Source: Candidatus Omnitrophota bacterium (GTDB lineage Bacteria; Omnitrophota; Gorgyraeia; Gygaellales; Profunditerraquicolaceae). From it: 64,000 nt of DNA. The stretch covers positions 32,904 through 96,903 of the forward strand of contig JAUSED010000009.1 in assembly GCA_030650425.1 (NCBI GenBank). The letters run 5' to 3'. The position numbers and the translations under genes are program-made. Below the pieces are notes generated by a model. It made no database searches. It saw nothing but the letters and a program-made list of their open reading frames with translations, and was not told where the DNA came from. Below, piece after piece: positions 1-10,235 of this stretch (position 1 is its first letter; each line of letters opens with the position of its first letter).

Positions 1-247
1 CTTAATTTTAAAAGCCGATATAGTCAGGATAAAAACAGATAGCCAATTATTGGCGCGTCAGCTTAATAAAATCTATAAAGTTAAGCACGCGAATATCATC
101 GGGTTGTATAATCAGGCAGTGCAGTTATTGTCAGGATTTAAAGAATCTTCGATAATAAATATTCCGCGGGAAGAAAATTGCGGCGCGGATACATTAGCGA
201 CAATGGCGGTAAAAAAAGAATTAAAGAAAAATGTTCTTTCGAAATAG
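1..247 (+). CDS. Ribonuclease HI, C-terminal fragment; the gene starts upstream of the window.
   Basis: The reading frame is open from position 2 to the stop at 245-247. The C-terminal motif IPREENCGADTLA matches the RNase H family. Confidence 0.5.
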   Translation, partial: LILKADIVRIKTDSQLLARQLNKIYKVKHANIIGLYNQAVQLLSGFKESSIINIPREENCGADTLATMAVKKELKKNVLSK

Positions 248-727
248 GGCAGGTGGAATGTGGTCGCCCCGCTTTCGGCGGGGAGGAAAGTCCGGGCTCC
301 GGAGGATAGCGCAGTAGGGTAATGCCTACCCTTTGGTAACTAACCAAAGAGGATTATCCCGCAAGGTTAGCTTTTAAAAGCTAACCTTGCGGGATCATTG
401 CCTGAGATGTAAACGCAGGCAATGAGAGCCACAGAGACGAGTAGCCGTTGAAGATTGTGATGAGTAAGATCCTGAGCCGCCTATGGCGGCTCAGGATCAT
501 CTCGCAGTCTTCGACTGCGAGATGAAACGAGGCAATCTCTGCGTGGAGCAAGGCGAATAGGAGATAATCTACTAGGTATGTTGAGTGGAACGCGCTGGTC
601 CGGCGCGTCATTAATCTCGGGTATTAAGCTGCTTGAGCTTCGATGGTAACATCGGCGTCGAGAGGAATGATCACTAATCGATAGCGAAAAATCGCATCAA
701 GACAGAACCCGGCTTATTTCACCTGCT
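247..727 (+). ncRNA. rnpB: RNase P RNA, bacterial type A, with extra inserted hairpins (about 481 nt)
   Basis: The universally conserved GGAAAGTCCGGGCTCC is at 286-301. The 3' end ACAGAACCCGGCTTAT...TTCACCTGC resembles E. coli M1 RNA. The P1 helix pairs GCAGGTG (250-256) with CACCTGC (720-726). A T-run follows. Additional perfect hairpins lie at 350-400, 460-495 and 497-525. Confidence 0.85.
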
Positions 728-765
728 TTTTTTAATTTGAGCTAAACATAATAAGGAGGAATCAA

Positions 766-1518
766 ATGTCCGGTCATTCTAAATGGAAGACAAATAAGGG
801 AAAGAAAAGTATTGCTGACGCCAAAAAAGGGGCGACTTACACTAAGATAATTAAGGAGCTTACGGTGATTGCCCGCGAAGGCGGCGGTAACCCTGATACA
901 AACCCGCGGCTTAGGGCAGTGATGCAGAAGGCAAAAGAGGCGAATATGCCTTCTGATAACGTCAAGATGGCGATTAAACGCGGCACAGGCGAGTTGCCGG
1001 GCGTGGTTTATGAAACATGCATGTACGAAGCGTACGGCCCGGGAGGAGTAGCGATGATGATCGAGGTGCTTACTGATAATAAGAATCGGACCAGCGCCGA
1101 GATCCGTAATATTATGTCTAAAAAAAGCGGCAGTTTTGCCGGGGCAGGTTCAGTCAGCTGGATGTTTACGATGAAAGGTTATTTTCTGATTGAAAAGTCT
1201 CAGGCCAAAGAAGATGAATTGATGAATATAGTTTTAGATGCCGGCGCCGAAGACATGAAAGCGGATGAAAAGAATTTCGAAGTATTTACTTCGCCTCAGA
1301 ACTTTGAGAAGGTAAAACAGGCTATCGAGGCTAAAGGGATTAAACCTCAGGACGCGGAAATCACCATGGTGCCTTCTTCGACGATAAAATTAACCGGCAA
1401 TGACGCAAAGCAGTTACTTTCTTTGATTGATTCCTTAGAAGAGCATGACGATGTTCAGCATGTCTATGCTAATTTCGATATACCCGATGAGTTAATGGAT
1501 CAGTTGGCGGCAGAGTAA
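766..1518 (+). CDS. yebC: YebC/PmpR family transcriptional regulatory protein
   Basis: The N-terminus MSGHSKWKTNKGKK...AREGGGNPDTNPRLR is typical of YebC. An RBS (AGGAGG) lies 8 nt upstream. Confidence 0.9.
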   Translation: MSGHSKWKTNKGKKSIADAKKGATYTKIIKELTVIAREGGGNPDTNPRLRAVMQKAKEANMPSDNVKMAIKRGTGELPGVVYETCMYEAYGPGGVAMMIEVLTDNKNRTSAEIRNIMSKKSGSFAGAGSVSWMFTMKGYFLIEKSQAKEDELMNIVLDAGAEDMKADEKNFEVFTSPQNFEKVKQAIEAKGIKPQDAEITMVPSSTIKLTGNDAKQLLSLIDSLEEHDDVQHVYANFDIPDELMDQLAAE

Positions 1519-1521
1519 TCA

Positions 1522-2004
1522 ATGAGGATATTGGGGATTGATCCGGCATTAACCATCACTGGTTACGGTTTGATCGAAACTAGGAATAACAAGCTGGTGT
1601 TGGTCGAGGCAGGGATTATCTCAACATCCGCGAAAGAATTAGTAACCAGGCGCCTTGAGAAGATACATCGTGGAATAATCAAATTAATATCCGATACTGC
1701 CCCGGATGTTCTAGTTTTGGAAAAGATTTATGCGCATTACCGGCATCCCACAACTTCATATATTTTGGGACAGGCGCGAGGAGTAATTTGTTTAGCAGCA
1801 GCTACAAAAAATATTCCTTTAGCGGAATATGCGGCTACGCGGGTTAAGAAAGCAGTGGTAGGGAAAGGTTTAGCTTCTAAATTACAGGTGCAGAGAATGG
1901 TGGTAAGTTTGTTAGGCCTAACCAGCCTCCCTAAATATATTGATGTTACGGATGCCTTAGCCTTAGCCATCGCGCATAGTTATATTGTACGGACAAAGCT
2001 ATGA
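1522..2004 (+). CDS. ruvC: Holliday junction resolvase RuvC
   Basis: ILGIDPALTITGYGLIE and GQARGV match RuvC throughout. Confidence 0.9.
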   Translation: MRILGIDPALTITGYGLIETRNNKLVLVEAGIISTSAKELVTRRLEKIHRGIIKLISDTAPDVLVLEKIYAHYRHPTTSYILGQARGVICLAAATKNIPLAEYAATRVKKAVVGKGLASKLQVQRMVVSLLGLTSLPKYIDVTDALALAIAHSYIVRTKL

Positions 2005-2627
2005 TTTCGAAGATTACCGGTAAAGTAGTCGAGAGAGGGAATAATTATTTAGTTTTGGATCTAAGCGGCTTGAGCTATCAGGTTTATGTGCCGGCTACGG
2101 TGATGCAGAGGATTGATGATTGTTTAGGCGCCGATAATAAGATTTGCCTGCGGACCTTTCATTATCTGCAGTCTGATCAGGCCAAAAGCATCCCGGTTTT
2201 AATCGGTTTCTTAAACGATATAGAAAAAGATTTTTTTGAGATTTTTATAACTGTTTCGGGAATCGGGCCACGCGCCGCTTTAAAGGCTTTAAATAAACCG
2301 ATCTCCGAGATTGCCCGAGCCATCGACGAAGGAGATCTGGTTTTTCTAAAATCTCTTCCCGGCATAGGCGAGCAAAGAGCGAAAGAGATTATTGCCAAGC
2401 TGCAAAACAAAGTCGGTAGATTCGGGCTTATTCAGGATGGCCAGGTCAAAGAAACTTTAATTAAGGCCAAAGATATCGCGGAAGAGGCCTTGGCAGTGTT
2501 GATGCAGTTGGAATATAAAAGGACTGAAGCCCTGAGTATGATTAAAAAGTCACTGGAGCTAGCTCCGAGTACCGGGACTACGGAAGAATTATTAAATTTG
2601 GTTTATAAACAGAGGAAAGTAAGATAA
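2001..2627 (+). CDS. ruvA: Holliday junction branch-migration protein RuvA
   Basis: The N-terminus MISKITGKV has the RuvA OB fold, and helix-hairpin-helix motifs (GIGPRAALKAL, LPGIGEQRAKEII) follow. Its start overlaps the ruvC stop. Confidence 0.9.
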   Translation: MISKITGKVVERGNNYLVLDLSGLSYQVYVPATVMQRIDDCLGADNKICLRTFHYLQSDQAKSIPVLIGFLNDIEKDFFEIFITVSGIGPRAALKALNKPISEIARAIDEGDLVFLKSLPGIGEQRAKEIIAKLQNKVGRFGLIQDGQVKETLIKAKDIAEEALAVLMQLEYKRTEALSMIKKSLELAPSTGTTEELLNLVYKQRKVR

Positions 2628-2629
2628 CT

Positions 2630-3235
2630 ATGCAGGATAACCGGAAATCAGTGATAGAAGCATTATTGCTAGCTAGCGAAAAACCCTTGCCTTTAGAGCA
2701 AATAAGATTAGCCTTGGATGATCTCGATGCTAATGAAACACGCAAATTAATCGAGGAACTAAAATCTGAGTTTGAGCAGGCTGGCAGGGGTATTCGGATT
2801 GCCGAGATAGCCGGCGGTTTTCAGATGTCCACTGCCGCGGAATTCGCGCCTTTTTTAAAAAAACTCTTTAAGGGCCGGCATATTGAAAGATTATCCAAGC
2901 CCGCTTTAGAGACCTTGGCGATCATTGCTTACAAGCAGCCTTTGACTAGAAACGAAATCGAGCTATTGAGGAATGTTAATGTTGACGGAGTAATGAAGAG
3001 TCTGTTGGATAAAAACTTGATTAGGATCGCCGGAAGAAAGAAAGCTCCCGGAAGGCCCTGTGTCTATGGCACAACCCGGCAATTCCTGGAACACTTTGGG
3101 TTAAAGTCGTTGGAGGATCTTCCTAAGATAGAAGAATTTGCGGCGATGGCCCAGAAAAATGATCTTGTGGATATAGAACTGGAAGAAGAAAAGATAGCGG
3201 AGGGATCAAATGAGCTTGAAAAAACTGCGCAGTAA
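2630..3235 (+). CDS. scpB: Segregation and condensation protein B
   Basis: IEALLLASEKPL...IRIAEIAGGFQM...AYKQPLTRNEIE matches the ScpB winged-helix pattern. Confidence 0.85.
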   Translation: MQDNRKSVIEALLLASEKPLPLEQIRLALDDLDANETRKLIEELKSEFEQAGRGIRIAEIAGGFQMSTAAEFAPFLKKLFKGRHIERLSKPALETLAIIAYKQPLTRNEIELLRNVNVDGVMKSLLDKNLIRIAGRKKAPGRPCVYGTTRQFLEHFGLKSLEDLPKIEEFAAMAQKNDLVDIELEEEKIAEGSNELEKTAQ

Positions 3236-4271
3236 AATAGACAGTTTAGACAAACAAATAATCCAGCTGTTGAATATGCGCGCCAAGGTTACTTTGGATG
3301 TGGCTAAGGTTAAATATAAAAGCGGAAAGAGTATTTACGCTCCGGAGCGCGAAAGAGAGGTCTTAAGGAAAATATCTACTCTCAGCAAAGGCCCTTTAGG
3401 TTCAAAAGCCCTCGAGGCGGTCTATCGTGAGATTATGTCTTCTTCGTTGGCTTTGGAAAAGCCGTTAAAGATAGCCTATATGGGCCCGGAGGCGTCTTTT
3501 AGTAACTTAGCTGCCTTAAAAAGATTCGGTTCGCAAGTAGATTACCTTGCCTGCGGCAGTATTCCCGATGTTTTCTTGGAAGTGGAAAGAGATACCGCTG
3601 ATTATGGAGTTGTCCCGGTAGAGAATTCTATCGAGGGCGCGGTTACGCACACCCTTGATATGTTGGTTGACGCGGATTTAAAGATTTGCTCGCAGATAAT
3701 TTTGGATGTAGCGCATAATCTTCTGAGCAATTGCCCAAAGAATAAGATTAAGCGTGTATATTCCAACCCGCAGGTGCTTGGGCAATGCCGTATCTGGCTT
3801 CAGGAGAACTTGCCGCACGCAGAGCAGATTGAAGTTTCGAGTACGACGCGCGCGGCCCAGATTGCCGCCAAAGAGAAGAATAGCGCGGCCATCGCTTCAT
3901 TATTGGCAGGCGAAGTTTACAAACTAAATGCCCTCGCTCGTGACATCGAAGATTCACCGCACAATATTACCCGTTTTTTTGTGGTGGGGAAAACCGATGC
4001 TGGAAAGACCGGACATGATAAGACCTCCATTCTTTTTTCGATTAAAGATAAAGTTGGGGCTTTGCACGGCATGCTTTTACCGTTCAAAAAATACAAAATC
4101 AACCTGACTAAAATTGAATCCCGGCCATCCAAGAAAAAGGCCTGGGATTATTATTTCTTTGTGGATATAGAAGGGCATAAGCAAGAGCCCAGAGTCCAGA
4201 AAGCGCTGCAGGAATTAGAAAGTAAATGTAAATTCTTAAAAATTCTGGGTTCATATCCTGTCGGAGAATAA
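3210..4271 (+). CDS. pheA: Bifunctional chorismate mutase / prephenate dehydratase
   Basis: An N-terminal chorismate mutase helix (LRSKIDSLDKQIIQLLNMRA) is followed by a prephenate dehydratase domain (YMGPEASFSNLAA) and a C-terminal ACT domain. Confidence 0.85.
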   Translation: MSLKKLRSKIDSLDKQIIQLLNMRAKVTLDVAKVKYKSGKSIYAPEREREVLRKISTLSKGPLGSKALEAVYREIMSSSLALEKPLKIAYMGPEASFSNLAALKRFGSQVDYLACGSIPDVFLEVERDTADYGVVPVENSIEGAVTHTLDMLVDADLKICSQIILDVAHNLLSNCPKNKIKRVYSNPQVLGQCRIWLQENLPHAEQIEVSSTTRAAQIAAKEKNSAAIASLLAGEVYKLNALARDIEDSPHNITRFFVVGKTDAGKTGHDKTSILFSIKDKVGALHGMLLPFKKYKINLTKIESRPSKKKAWDYYFFVDIEGHKQEPRVQKALQELESKCKFLKILGSYPVGE

Positions 4272-5372
4272 ATGAAAGAGTTGGTGCGAAAAAATATCCT
4301 TAAGGTTAACGCCTATATCGCGGGTAAGCCGATTGAAGAGACCAAACGCCAATTGGGGCTAAAGGATGTGATCAAGTTGGCTTCCAATGAGAATCCTCTT
4401 GGGCCTTCTCCTAAGGCAGTGGCAGCCATCCGCAAAACTGCTTCCGGGGTAAACCGCTATCCGGATTCCCAGGGATTCTATTTAAAGAAGAAGCTGGCTA
4501 AAGCTTTGGAGATTAAGCCTGAAAATATCGTCTTAGGTAATGGCTCTGACGAGCTGATCGATATAATTATTAAAACCTTTGTGGAAGATGATGAAAATAT
4601 CGTTACCGCGGATACGACCTTTTTAGAGTATGAAATAATCGCCGGCGTAAATAACCGCAAAGTAACTAAAGTGCCTCTAAGATATTTTAAATATGACCTC
4701 GAATCAATTAAGAAAAATATCGATAAGCAGACCAAGCTGATTTTTATCGCTAATCCCAATAACCCTACGGGAACATATGTTACCAAATTTGAGCTGGATG
4801 ATTTCTTACGGGGTTTACCGGATCATTGCCTTGTGGTCTTAGACGAGGCGTATGATGCCTTTATTGACGTTAATGATTTTCCGAATATGTTTAATGGTTT
4901 TAAGAATAAAAAAATTATTCTCCTGAAGACCTTCTCTAAGTCGTATGGCTTGGCAGGATTACGTATTGGTTATGCCGTGTTGAATGAAGAATTAGCCGGC
5001 TATATGGAGAGAGTGAGGCAGCCTTTTAATACCAATCTTTTGGCACAGGCAGGCGCAATGGCTGCCATTGAAGATAGGGAATTTTTACGTAAGACCAGGA
5101 GAATAGTCTTGGAAGGTAAGGATTACCTTTATGGTAATTTGAAAAAGCTTGGCTTGGCCTATGTCCCAAGCGTAGCAAATTTTATCCTTATCGATGTTGG
5201 GCAAGACGGAGTAGAACTGTTTAACAAGATGTTAAGGTTCGGGGTGATTGTGCGCGAGATGAAACAGTATGGACTAAAGAATTTTATCCGGGTAACCATT
5301 GGAACAAAAAAAGAAAACGAAAGATTTGTCAAAGTGCTCAAAAAAATCCTTAGGGGGAAGGAGAGACCATGA
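4272..5372 (+). CDS. hisC: Histidinol-phosphate / aromatic aminotransferase (class II)
   Basis: LASNENPLGPSP, a PLP lysine region KTFSKSYGLAGLRIGY, and its position inside an aromatic amino-acid operon. Confidence 0.85.
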   Translation: MKELVRKNILKVNAYIAGKPIEETKRQLGLKDVIKLASNENPLGPSPKAVAAIRKTASGVNRYPDSQGFYLKKKLAKALEIKPENIVLGNGSDELIDIIIKTFVEDDENIVTADTTFLEYEIIAGVNNRKVTKVPLRYFKYDLESIKKNIDKQTKLIFIANPNNPTGTYVTKFELDDFLRGLPDHCLVVLDEAYDAFIDVNDFPNMFNGFKNKKIILLKTFSKSYGLAGLRIGYAVLNEELAGYMERVRQPFNTNLLAQAGAMAAIEDREFLRKTRRIVLEGKDYLYGNLKKLGLAYVPSVANFILIDVGQDGVELFNKMLRFGVIVREMKQYGLKNFIRVTIGTKKENERFVKVLKKILRGKERP

Positions 5373-6385
5373 TTATTGTCTTAAGGCCGGAGGCCACCGA
5401 GGCTCAAGTCAACCACATCATTGAAAAGGTAAAGAAACTGGGATTAACTCCGCATGTCTCTAAAGGGACTGAGCGCACGATTATCGGAGTGATCGGCCCG
5501 GAGGATATTCTGCGCGTTACTCCTTTGGAGGTTTTCCCCGGCGTAGAAAGGGTTATGCCGGTTTTGGCTCCTTATAAGCTTGTTTCGCGGGAGTTTAAAG
5601 CCGAAGATTCGATTATTGAATTGGGAAAAGGGGTTAATGTCGGAGGCAAGAAAATTACGGTGATGGCCGGACCATGCGCGATTGAAAATATAAATATGCT
5701 GCGCGCGATTGCCAGTGAAGTTAAAAAAGCAGGAGCGAGTGTCTTGCGCGGCGGAGCATTCAAACCGCGTACTTCTCCTTACAGTTTTCAAGGGTTGGGA
5801 GAGGAAGGCCTTAAAATACTCAAAGCAGTCGGGGATGAATTTAATCTGGTTACCGTAAGCGAAATAATGGATACCCGCGATGTAGAACTGATCAGCCGTT
5901 ATGTTGATGTGCTGCAGATCGGCGCCCGGAATATGCAGAATTTCAACCTCTTAAAAGAAGTGGGGATGACTAAAAAGCCCGTCTTGTTGAAGAGAGGTTT
6001 GGCCTCGACCGTAAAAGAAATGCTCATGTCCGCGGAATACATCTTAGCCGGAGGAAATTTTAATTTAATGCTTTGTGAGCGCGGCATCAGGACTTTCGAA
6101 GATTCCACGCGTAACACTTTGGATATCAGCGCGGTTCCGGTGATTAAGCAGTTATCGCATCTGCCTATCATCGTTGATCCTTCGCATGCAGCCGGAAAAT
6201 GGGGGCTGGTCGGACCCCTTTCTAAGGCCGCGGTTGCGGTGGGCTCTGACGGTTTGATTATCGAGGTGCACACCTCTCCGGAAGACGCGATGTCTGACGG
6301 CGCACAGTCATTAATACCTTCAAATTTCACCAGTTTGATGTGCGAGTTGAAGAATCTAGCCAAAGCCACAGGAAGAGAGATATAA
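5369..6385 (+). CDS. aroF: 3-deoxy-7-phosphoheptulonate (DAHP) synthase, Thermotoga-like class I-beta with an N-terminal regulatory domain
   Basis: A KDO8P synthase-like core (GPCAIEN, KPRTSPYSFQG, IVDPSH) follows an N-terminal ferredoxin-like domain of about 70 aa. Confidence 0.8.
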   Translation: MIIVLRPEATEAQVNHIIEKVKKLGLTPHVSKGTERTIIGVIGPEDILRVTPLEVFPGVERVMPVLAPYKLVSREFKAEDSIIELGKGVNVGGKKITVMAGPCAIENINMLRAIASEVKKAGASVLRGGAFKPRTSPYSFQGLGEEGLKILKAVGDEFNLVTVSEIMDTRDVELISRYVDVLQIGARNMQNFNLLKEVGMTKKPVLLKRGLASTVKEMLMSAEYILAGGNFNLMLCERGIRTFEDSTRNTLDISAVPVIKQLSHLPIIVDPSHAAGKWGLVGPLSKAAVAVGSDGLIIEVHTSPEDAMSDGAQSLIPSNFTSLMCELKNLAKATGREI

Positions 6386-7215
6386 TGCGCCTGTTCAATA
6401 AAGTAGCGATTATCGGAACAGGTTTAATTGGAGGCTCCCTTGGCCTGTTCATAAAAAAGCATAGGCTGGCCCAAGAAGTAGTGGGAGTGAGCCGGCATAA
6501 GAAGAGTTTAGGGTTAGCTTTAAAAATGAAGGCTATAGACCGCGGCTCGCTTTCGCTGGATATTATCAGAGGAGCGGATCTTTTGATTCTAGCTACACCA
6601 GTAGAGACGATCGTTAATTTAAGGAAACAAATTCTTAAGATCGCGGGTAAAGGTTGTTTAGTTACAGATACCGGAAGCACTAAGGTAAATATAGTTTCTT
6701 TTTTAGAAAAAACTTTTCCTAACTACATTGGCGCTCATCCTTTGGCAGGCTCGGAAAAATGTGGAATCGCCAATGCCTCTATAGGCCTATTTAAAAATTC
6801 TCTCTGTATATTGACTCCGACTAAAAAAACGCAAAAGAAAGCCTTGGATAAAATAAAAGCGCTTTGGGTTAAAGCCGGGGCCAGGGTTGTTTTACTTTCG
6901 CCTAAAGAACACGACAGGATCCTTTCTTTTACCAGTCATCTTCCGCATAGCGTTGCCTTTTCGCTTATTGACTCTATTCCGGATAAATTTTTAAAATTCG
7001 CTAGCGGCGGGCTTAAGGATACGACGCGCATTGCCGCATCCAGCCCGGAGCTTTGGCAAGGGATATTCTTAACGAACAAAATCAATCTGCTTGAGTCAAT
7101 AAGCTTATTCGAGGAGGGCTTAAATAAACTGAAATTCGCCATAAAAAATAACGATAAAAAATTACTTACGCATATTTTAACTCGGGCGCAGAAAAAAAGA
7201 ATTATCCTCGCATGA
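6385..7215 (+). CDS. tyrA: Prephenate dehydrogenase
   Basis: A Rossmann motif VAIIGTGLIGGSLG and the AHPLAG catalytic region. The ATG at 6385 overlaps the aroF stop, so the start is placed here rather than at the ORF-track start of 6340. Confidence 0.8.
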   Translation: MRLFNKVAIIGTGLIGGSLGLFIKKHRLAQEVVGVSRHKKSLGLALKMKAIDRGSLSLDIIRGADLLILATPVETIVNLRKQILKIAGKGCLVTDTGSTKVNIVSFLEKTFPNYIGAHPLAGSEKCGIANASIGLFKNSLCILTPTKKTQKKALDKIKALWVKAGARVVLLSPKEHDRILSFTSHLPHSVAFSLIDSIPDKFLKFASGGLKDTTRIAASSPELWQGIFLTNKINLLESISLFEEGLNKLKFAIKNNDKKLLTHILTRAQKKRIILA

Positions 7216-7862
7216 TTATCGCTATCGATGGCCCCGCAGGCGCAGGTAAAAGTACGGTCGCTAAACTACTCGCCAAAAAACTTAAATTTCTTTATATCGA
7301 TACCGGCGCGATGTATCGGGCGCTTACCTTAAAAGTGTTAGCCGAAAAAATTAATATAAAAGAGACTGATAAAATAATCAAGCTCGCTTCCCAGAGCAAT
7401 ATTAATCTGATCAATGATCCTGATGGTACGCTAAGGGTATTGTTGGATGGTCGTGATGTATCGAGCGCTATCCGCCAGCCAGTGATCACTCAGTTTGTTT
7501 CCGATATTGCCAAAATAGGGGATGTGCGTAAGGTTATGGTCGGGCTGCAAAGGAAACTCGGGGGCCAGGGAGATGCCGTGCTTGACGGCCGCGACATCGG
7601 CACAGTGGTTTTTCCGGATGCCCACAAAAAGTTTTACGTGGACGCGGATTTTAAAGAGAGAGTAAATCGAAGATACAAAGAAGCGCTGGGCTTGGGTCAA
7701 AACCTGACTTTTGAGGAAGTAGCCGAGGATCTTTCTAACCGCGATAATATAGATTCTAATCGTAAAGTCGCGCCGCTTAAACAAGCCGACGACGCAATCT
7801 ACGTGGATACGACGAATTTGAGCATAGAAGAAGTGGTTGATAAATTATTAAAAGAAATTTAA
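7212..7862 (+). CDS. cmk: Cytidylate kinase
   Basis: IAIDGPAGAGKST P-loop and a YIDTGAMYRA motif. Confidence 0.9.
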   Translation: MIIAIDGPAGAGKSTVAKLLAKKLKFLYIDTGAMYRALTLKVLAEKINIKETDKIIKLASQSNINLINDPDGTLRVLLDGRDVSSAIRQPVITQFVSDIAKIGDVRKVMVGLQRKLGGQGDAVLDGRDIGTVVFPDAHKKFYVDADFKERVNRRYKEALGLGQNLTFEEVAEDLSNRDNIDSNRKVAPLKQADDAIYVDTTNLSIEEVVDKLLKEI

Positions 7863-9658
7863 TGGATAAATCCCTTATTCGCAACTTTTCAATCATTGCC
7901 CATATTGACCATGGTAAATCCACCCTCGCCGACCGGATTTTGGAGATCACCGGCGCAGTGGATAAAAGGCATAAAGGCGCGCAGCTGCTGGATGATATGG
8001 ATTTAGAGCGTGAGCGCGGGATTACGATTAAAGCATCTATGGTCAGGTTGTCTTACACTGCCCGCGATGGAAAAGAGTATGTGCTGAATTTGATCGATAC
8101 TCCCGGCCACGTGGATTTTACTTATGAGGTCTCTAAATCTTTAGCTGCCTGTGAAGGGGCTGTTTTAGTGGTGGATGCGGGACAAGGTATCGAGGCGCAG
8201 ACAGTAGCCAATTACTATCTGGCTATGGAGAACAACCTTGAGATCGTGCCGGTGCTTAATAAGATAGATCTTGTTTCCATCGATATTCCGAAAGTGAAGA
8301 AACAGATTGTTAACGTGTTGGGCTTTAAGGAAGAGGATATTATCCCGGCTTCGGCAAAAGACGGTACCGGGGTTAGGGATATTTTAGAAAGGATAATTCA
8401 GGTTATCCCCAGCCCGAGTGGAGAAGATAGCCATCCTTTAAAAGCCCTGGTTTTTGACTGCCGTTTCGATGCTTATAAAGGAGTGGTAGTTTTCGTCAGG
8501 ATTGTGGATGGAAATATTACTCCGGCTACTCAGCTTAAAATGTTGCATTCTGGTACAGTTTATAAGATTGAAGAGCTGGGAGTATTTAAAAACTTAAAAT
8601 ATTCCGCGGTTACTTCTTTAACCTGTGGAGAAGTGGGGTATTTTACGGCAAACATCCGCCAGGCGCGAGAAATTATTATCGGCGATACGATCACTGATCC
8701 CAAGAATCCTTGCGCTTGCGCCTTACCCGGATACCGTACTCCCAAACCTTTGGTTTTTTGCGGGATATACACGGTGAATCCGGGAGATTTTCCGGAGTTA
8801 CGCGACGCTATGGATAAGTTAAAGCTATCCGATGCCTCATTTGTTTTTGAACCGGAGAATTCACAGTCTTTTGGTTCAGGATTCCGCTGCGGGTTTTTAG
8901 GGCTTTTGCATATGGAGATTGTTCAGGAGCGCCTGGAAAGAGAATATAATTTAAATTTAATCCTGACTGTCCCCAATGTAGTTTATCGGGTTATTCAAAC
9001 CAATGGAGAGATGCTCGAGGTAGATACGCCGGCAAAGTTGCCGGCTCAATCGGATATTCGTGAAGCGCAAGAGCCGTATGTGAGCCTGCTGATGATCATT
9101 CCGGTGGATTCCATTGAAGCGGTCTGTGATTTTACTAAATCCAGGAGAGGAATTTTTCAATCCAACGAGTATTTAAGCGAGGATAGGGTTAAATTGACTT
9201 TTAATATTCCGCTTTCGGAAATTATCGTGGATTTTTATGATCGCATAAAATCGTTAACCCGGGGTTATGGTTCTTTGGACTACGAGTTTAAGGATTATTT
9301 ACCGACGAAACTGGTAAAATTAGATATAATCTTAAACGGCCAGATTTGCGACGCCTTTTCTTCTTTAATGTGCAAAGATAAGGCGTATTCACGCGCGCAC
9401 GCCTTAGTCACTAAGCTTAAAGAACTGATTCCGCGTCAATTATTCGAGGTTGCTATACAAGCTTCCGTGGGTAATCAGATCCTTGCCTCTGAGAAGGTGC
9501 GTTCGGTCGGTAAGCATGTCACGGCTAAGTGTTATGGCGGTGATATTACCCGGAAGCGTAAACTTTGGGAGGAGCAGAAGAAAGGTAAAAAGCGGCTGAA
9601 ACAGTTCGGGAAAGTCGAGATCCCGCAGGAGGCTTTTTTGGAGGTATTAAAAATATGA
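7862..9658 (+). CDS. lepA: Elongation factor 4
   Basis: IRNFSIIAHIDHGKSTLADR and DTPGHVDF GTPase motifs, and a LepA-specific C-terminus. Confidence 0.95.
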   Translation: MDKSLIRNFSIIAHIDHGKSTLADRILEITGAVDKRHKGAQLLDDMDLERERGITIKASMVRLSYTARDGKEYVLNLIDTPGHVDFTYEVSKSLAACEGAVLVVDAGQGIEAQTVANYYLAMENNLEIVPVLNKIDLVSIDIPKVKKQIVNVLGFKEEDIIPASAKDGTGVRDILERIIQVIPSPSGEDSHPLKALVFDCRFDAYKGVVVFVRIVDGNITPATQLKMLHSGTVYKIEELGVFKNLKYSAVTSLTCGEVGYFTANIRQAREIIIGDTITDPKNPCACALPGYRTPKPLVFCGIYTVNPGDFPELRDAMDKLKLSDASFVFEPENSQSFGSGFRCGFLGLLHMEIVQERLEREYNLNLILTVPNVVYRVIQTNGEMLEVDTPAKLPAQSDIREAQEPYVSLLMIIPVDSIEAVCDFTKSRRGIFQSNEYLSEDRVKLTFNIPLSEIIVDFYDRIKSLTRGYGSLDYEFKDYLPTKLVKLDIILNGQICDAFSSLMCKDKAYSRAHALVTKLKELIPRQLFEVAIQASVGNQILASEKVRSVGKHVTAKCYGGDITRKRKLWEEQKKGKKRLKQFGKVEIPQEAFLEVLKI

Positions 9659-10233
9659 CGATAAAAAAGAAATCAGCTTTACGGGAATGGATAGAAGCAG
9701 CTCTTTTTGCGGCATTCCTCGCGTTTTGCGTTATCCGGCCATTTATTGTTCAGGCATTCAAAATTCCTACCGGCTCAATGCGTCCTACTCTCATTGAAGG
9801 TGATTTGATCTTGGTGAATAAATTTATTTACGGGGCAAAAGTTCCTTTTACGCATTTGCGCTTACCAGCGCTAAAAGAAATAAAAAGAGGGGATGTAGTT
9901 GTTTTTATCTATCCGGAAGACACCAAGAAGGATTTTATCAAACGCATGGTGGGTTTACCGGGAGATACGATTGAAATTAGGAGCGGGACGATTTATGTTA
10001 ATGGTAAAGCTTTATTGGAACCTGTTTTTAATCAGCGTTATTATTATAACCGGGGGGATTTTGCCAAGGAAGACGAGAAGTTGGTGGTTCCCGCGGATAG
10101 CTATTTTGTCTTAGGGGATAATTCAGGTTCTTCTAAGGATAGCCGTTATTGGGGTTTTGTTCCTAAAGATAATGTTCTTGGCCAAGCCATGGTTATTTAT
10201 TGGCCGCCGCAACGGATTAGAATAATTAAATAA
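9655..10233 (+). CDS. lepB: Signal peptidase I
   Basis: An N-terminal TM segment, catalytic GSMRPTL, and GDNSGSSKDSRYWG box E. Confidence 0.85.
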   Translation: MTIKKKSALREWIEAALFAAFLAFCVIRPFIVQAFKIPTGSMRPTLIEGDLILVNKFIYGAKVPFTHLRLPALKEIKRGDVVVFIYPEDTKKDFIKRMVGLPGDTIEIRSGTIYVNGKALLEPVFNQRYYYNRGDFAKEDEKLVVPADSYFVLGDNSGSSKDSRYWGFVPKDNVLGQAMVIYWPPQRIRIIK

Positions 10234-10235
10234 AT

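Noticed and set aside
6340-6384. ORF-track start of tyrA at 6340 (MRVEESSQSHRKRDIMRLFNK...).
   Set aside because: It would overlap aroF by 46 nt. The ATG at 6385, directly after the aroF stop with a GGAAGAGAG RBS, gives the canonical Rossmann N-terminus.
9899-10114. Same-strand alternative-frame ORF (71 aa) inside lepB.
   Set aside because: It overlaps the conserved signal peptidase I reading frame. It has no independent start signals.
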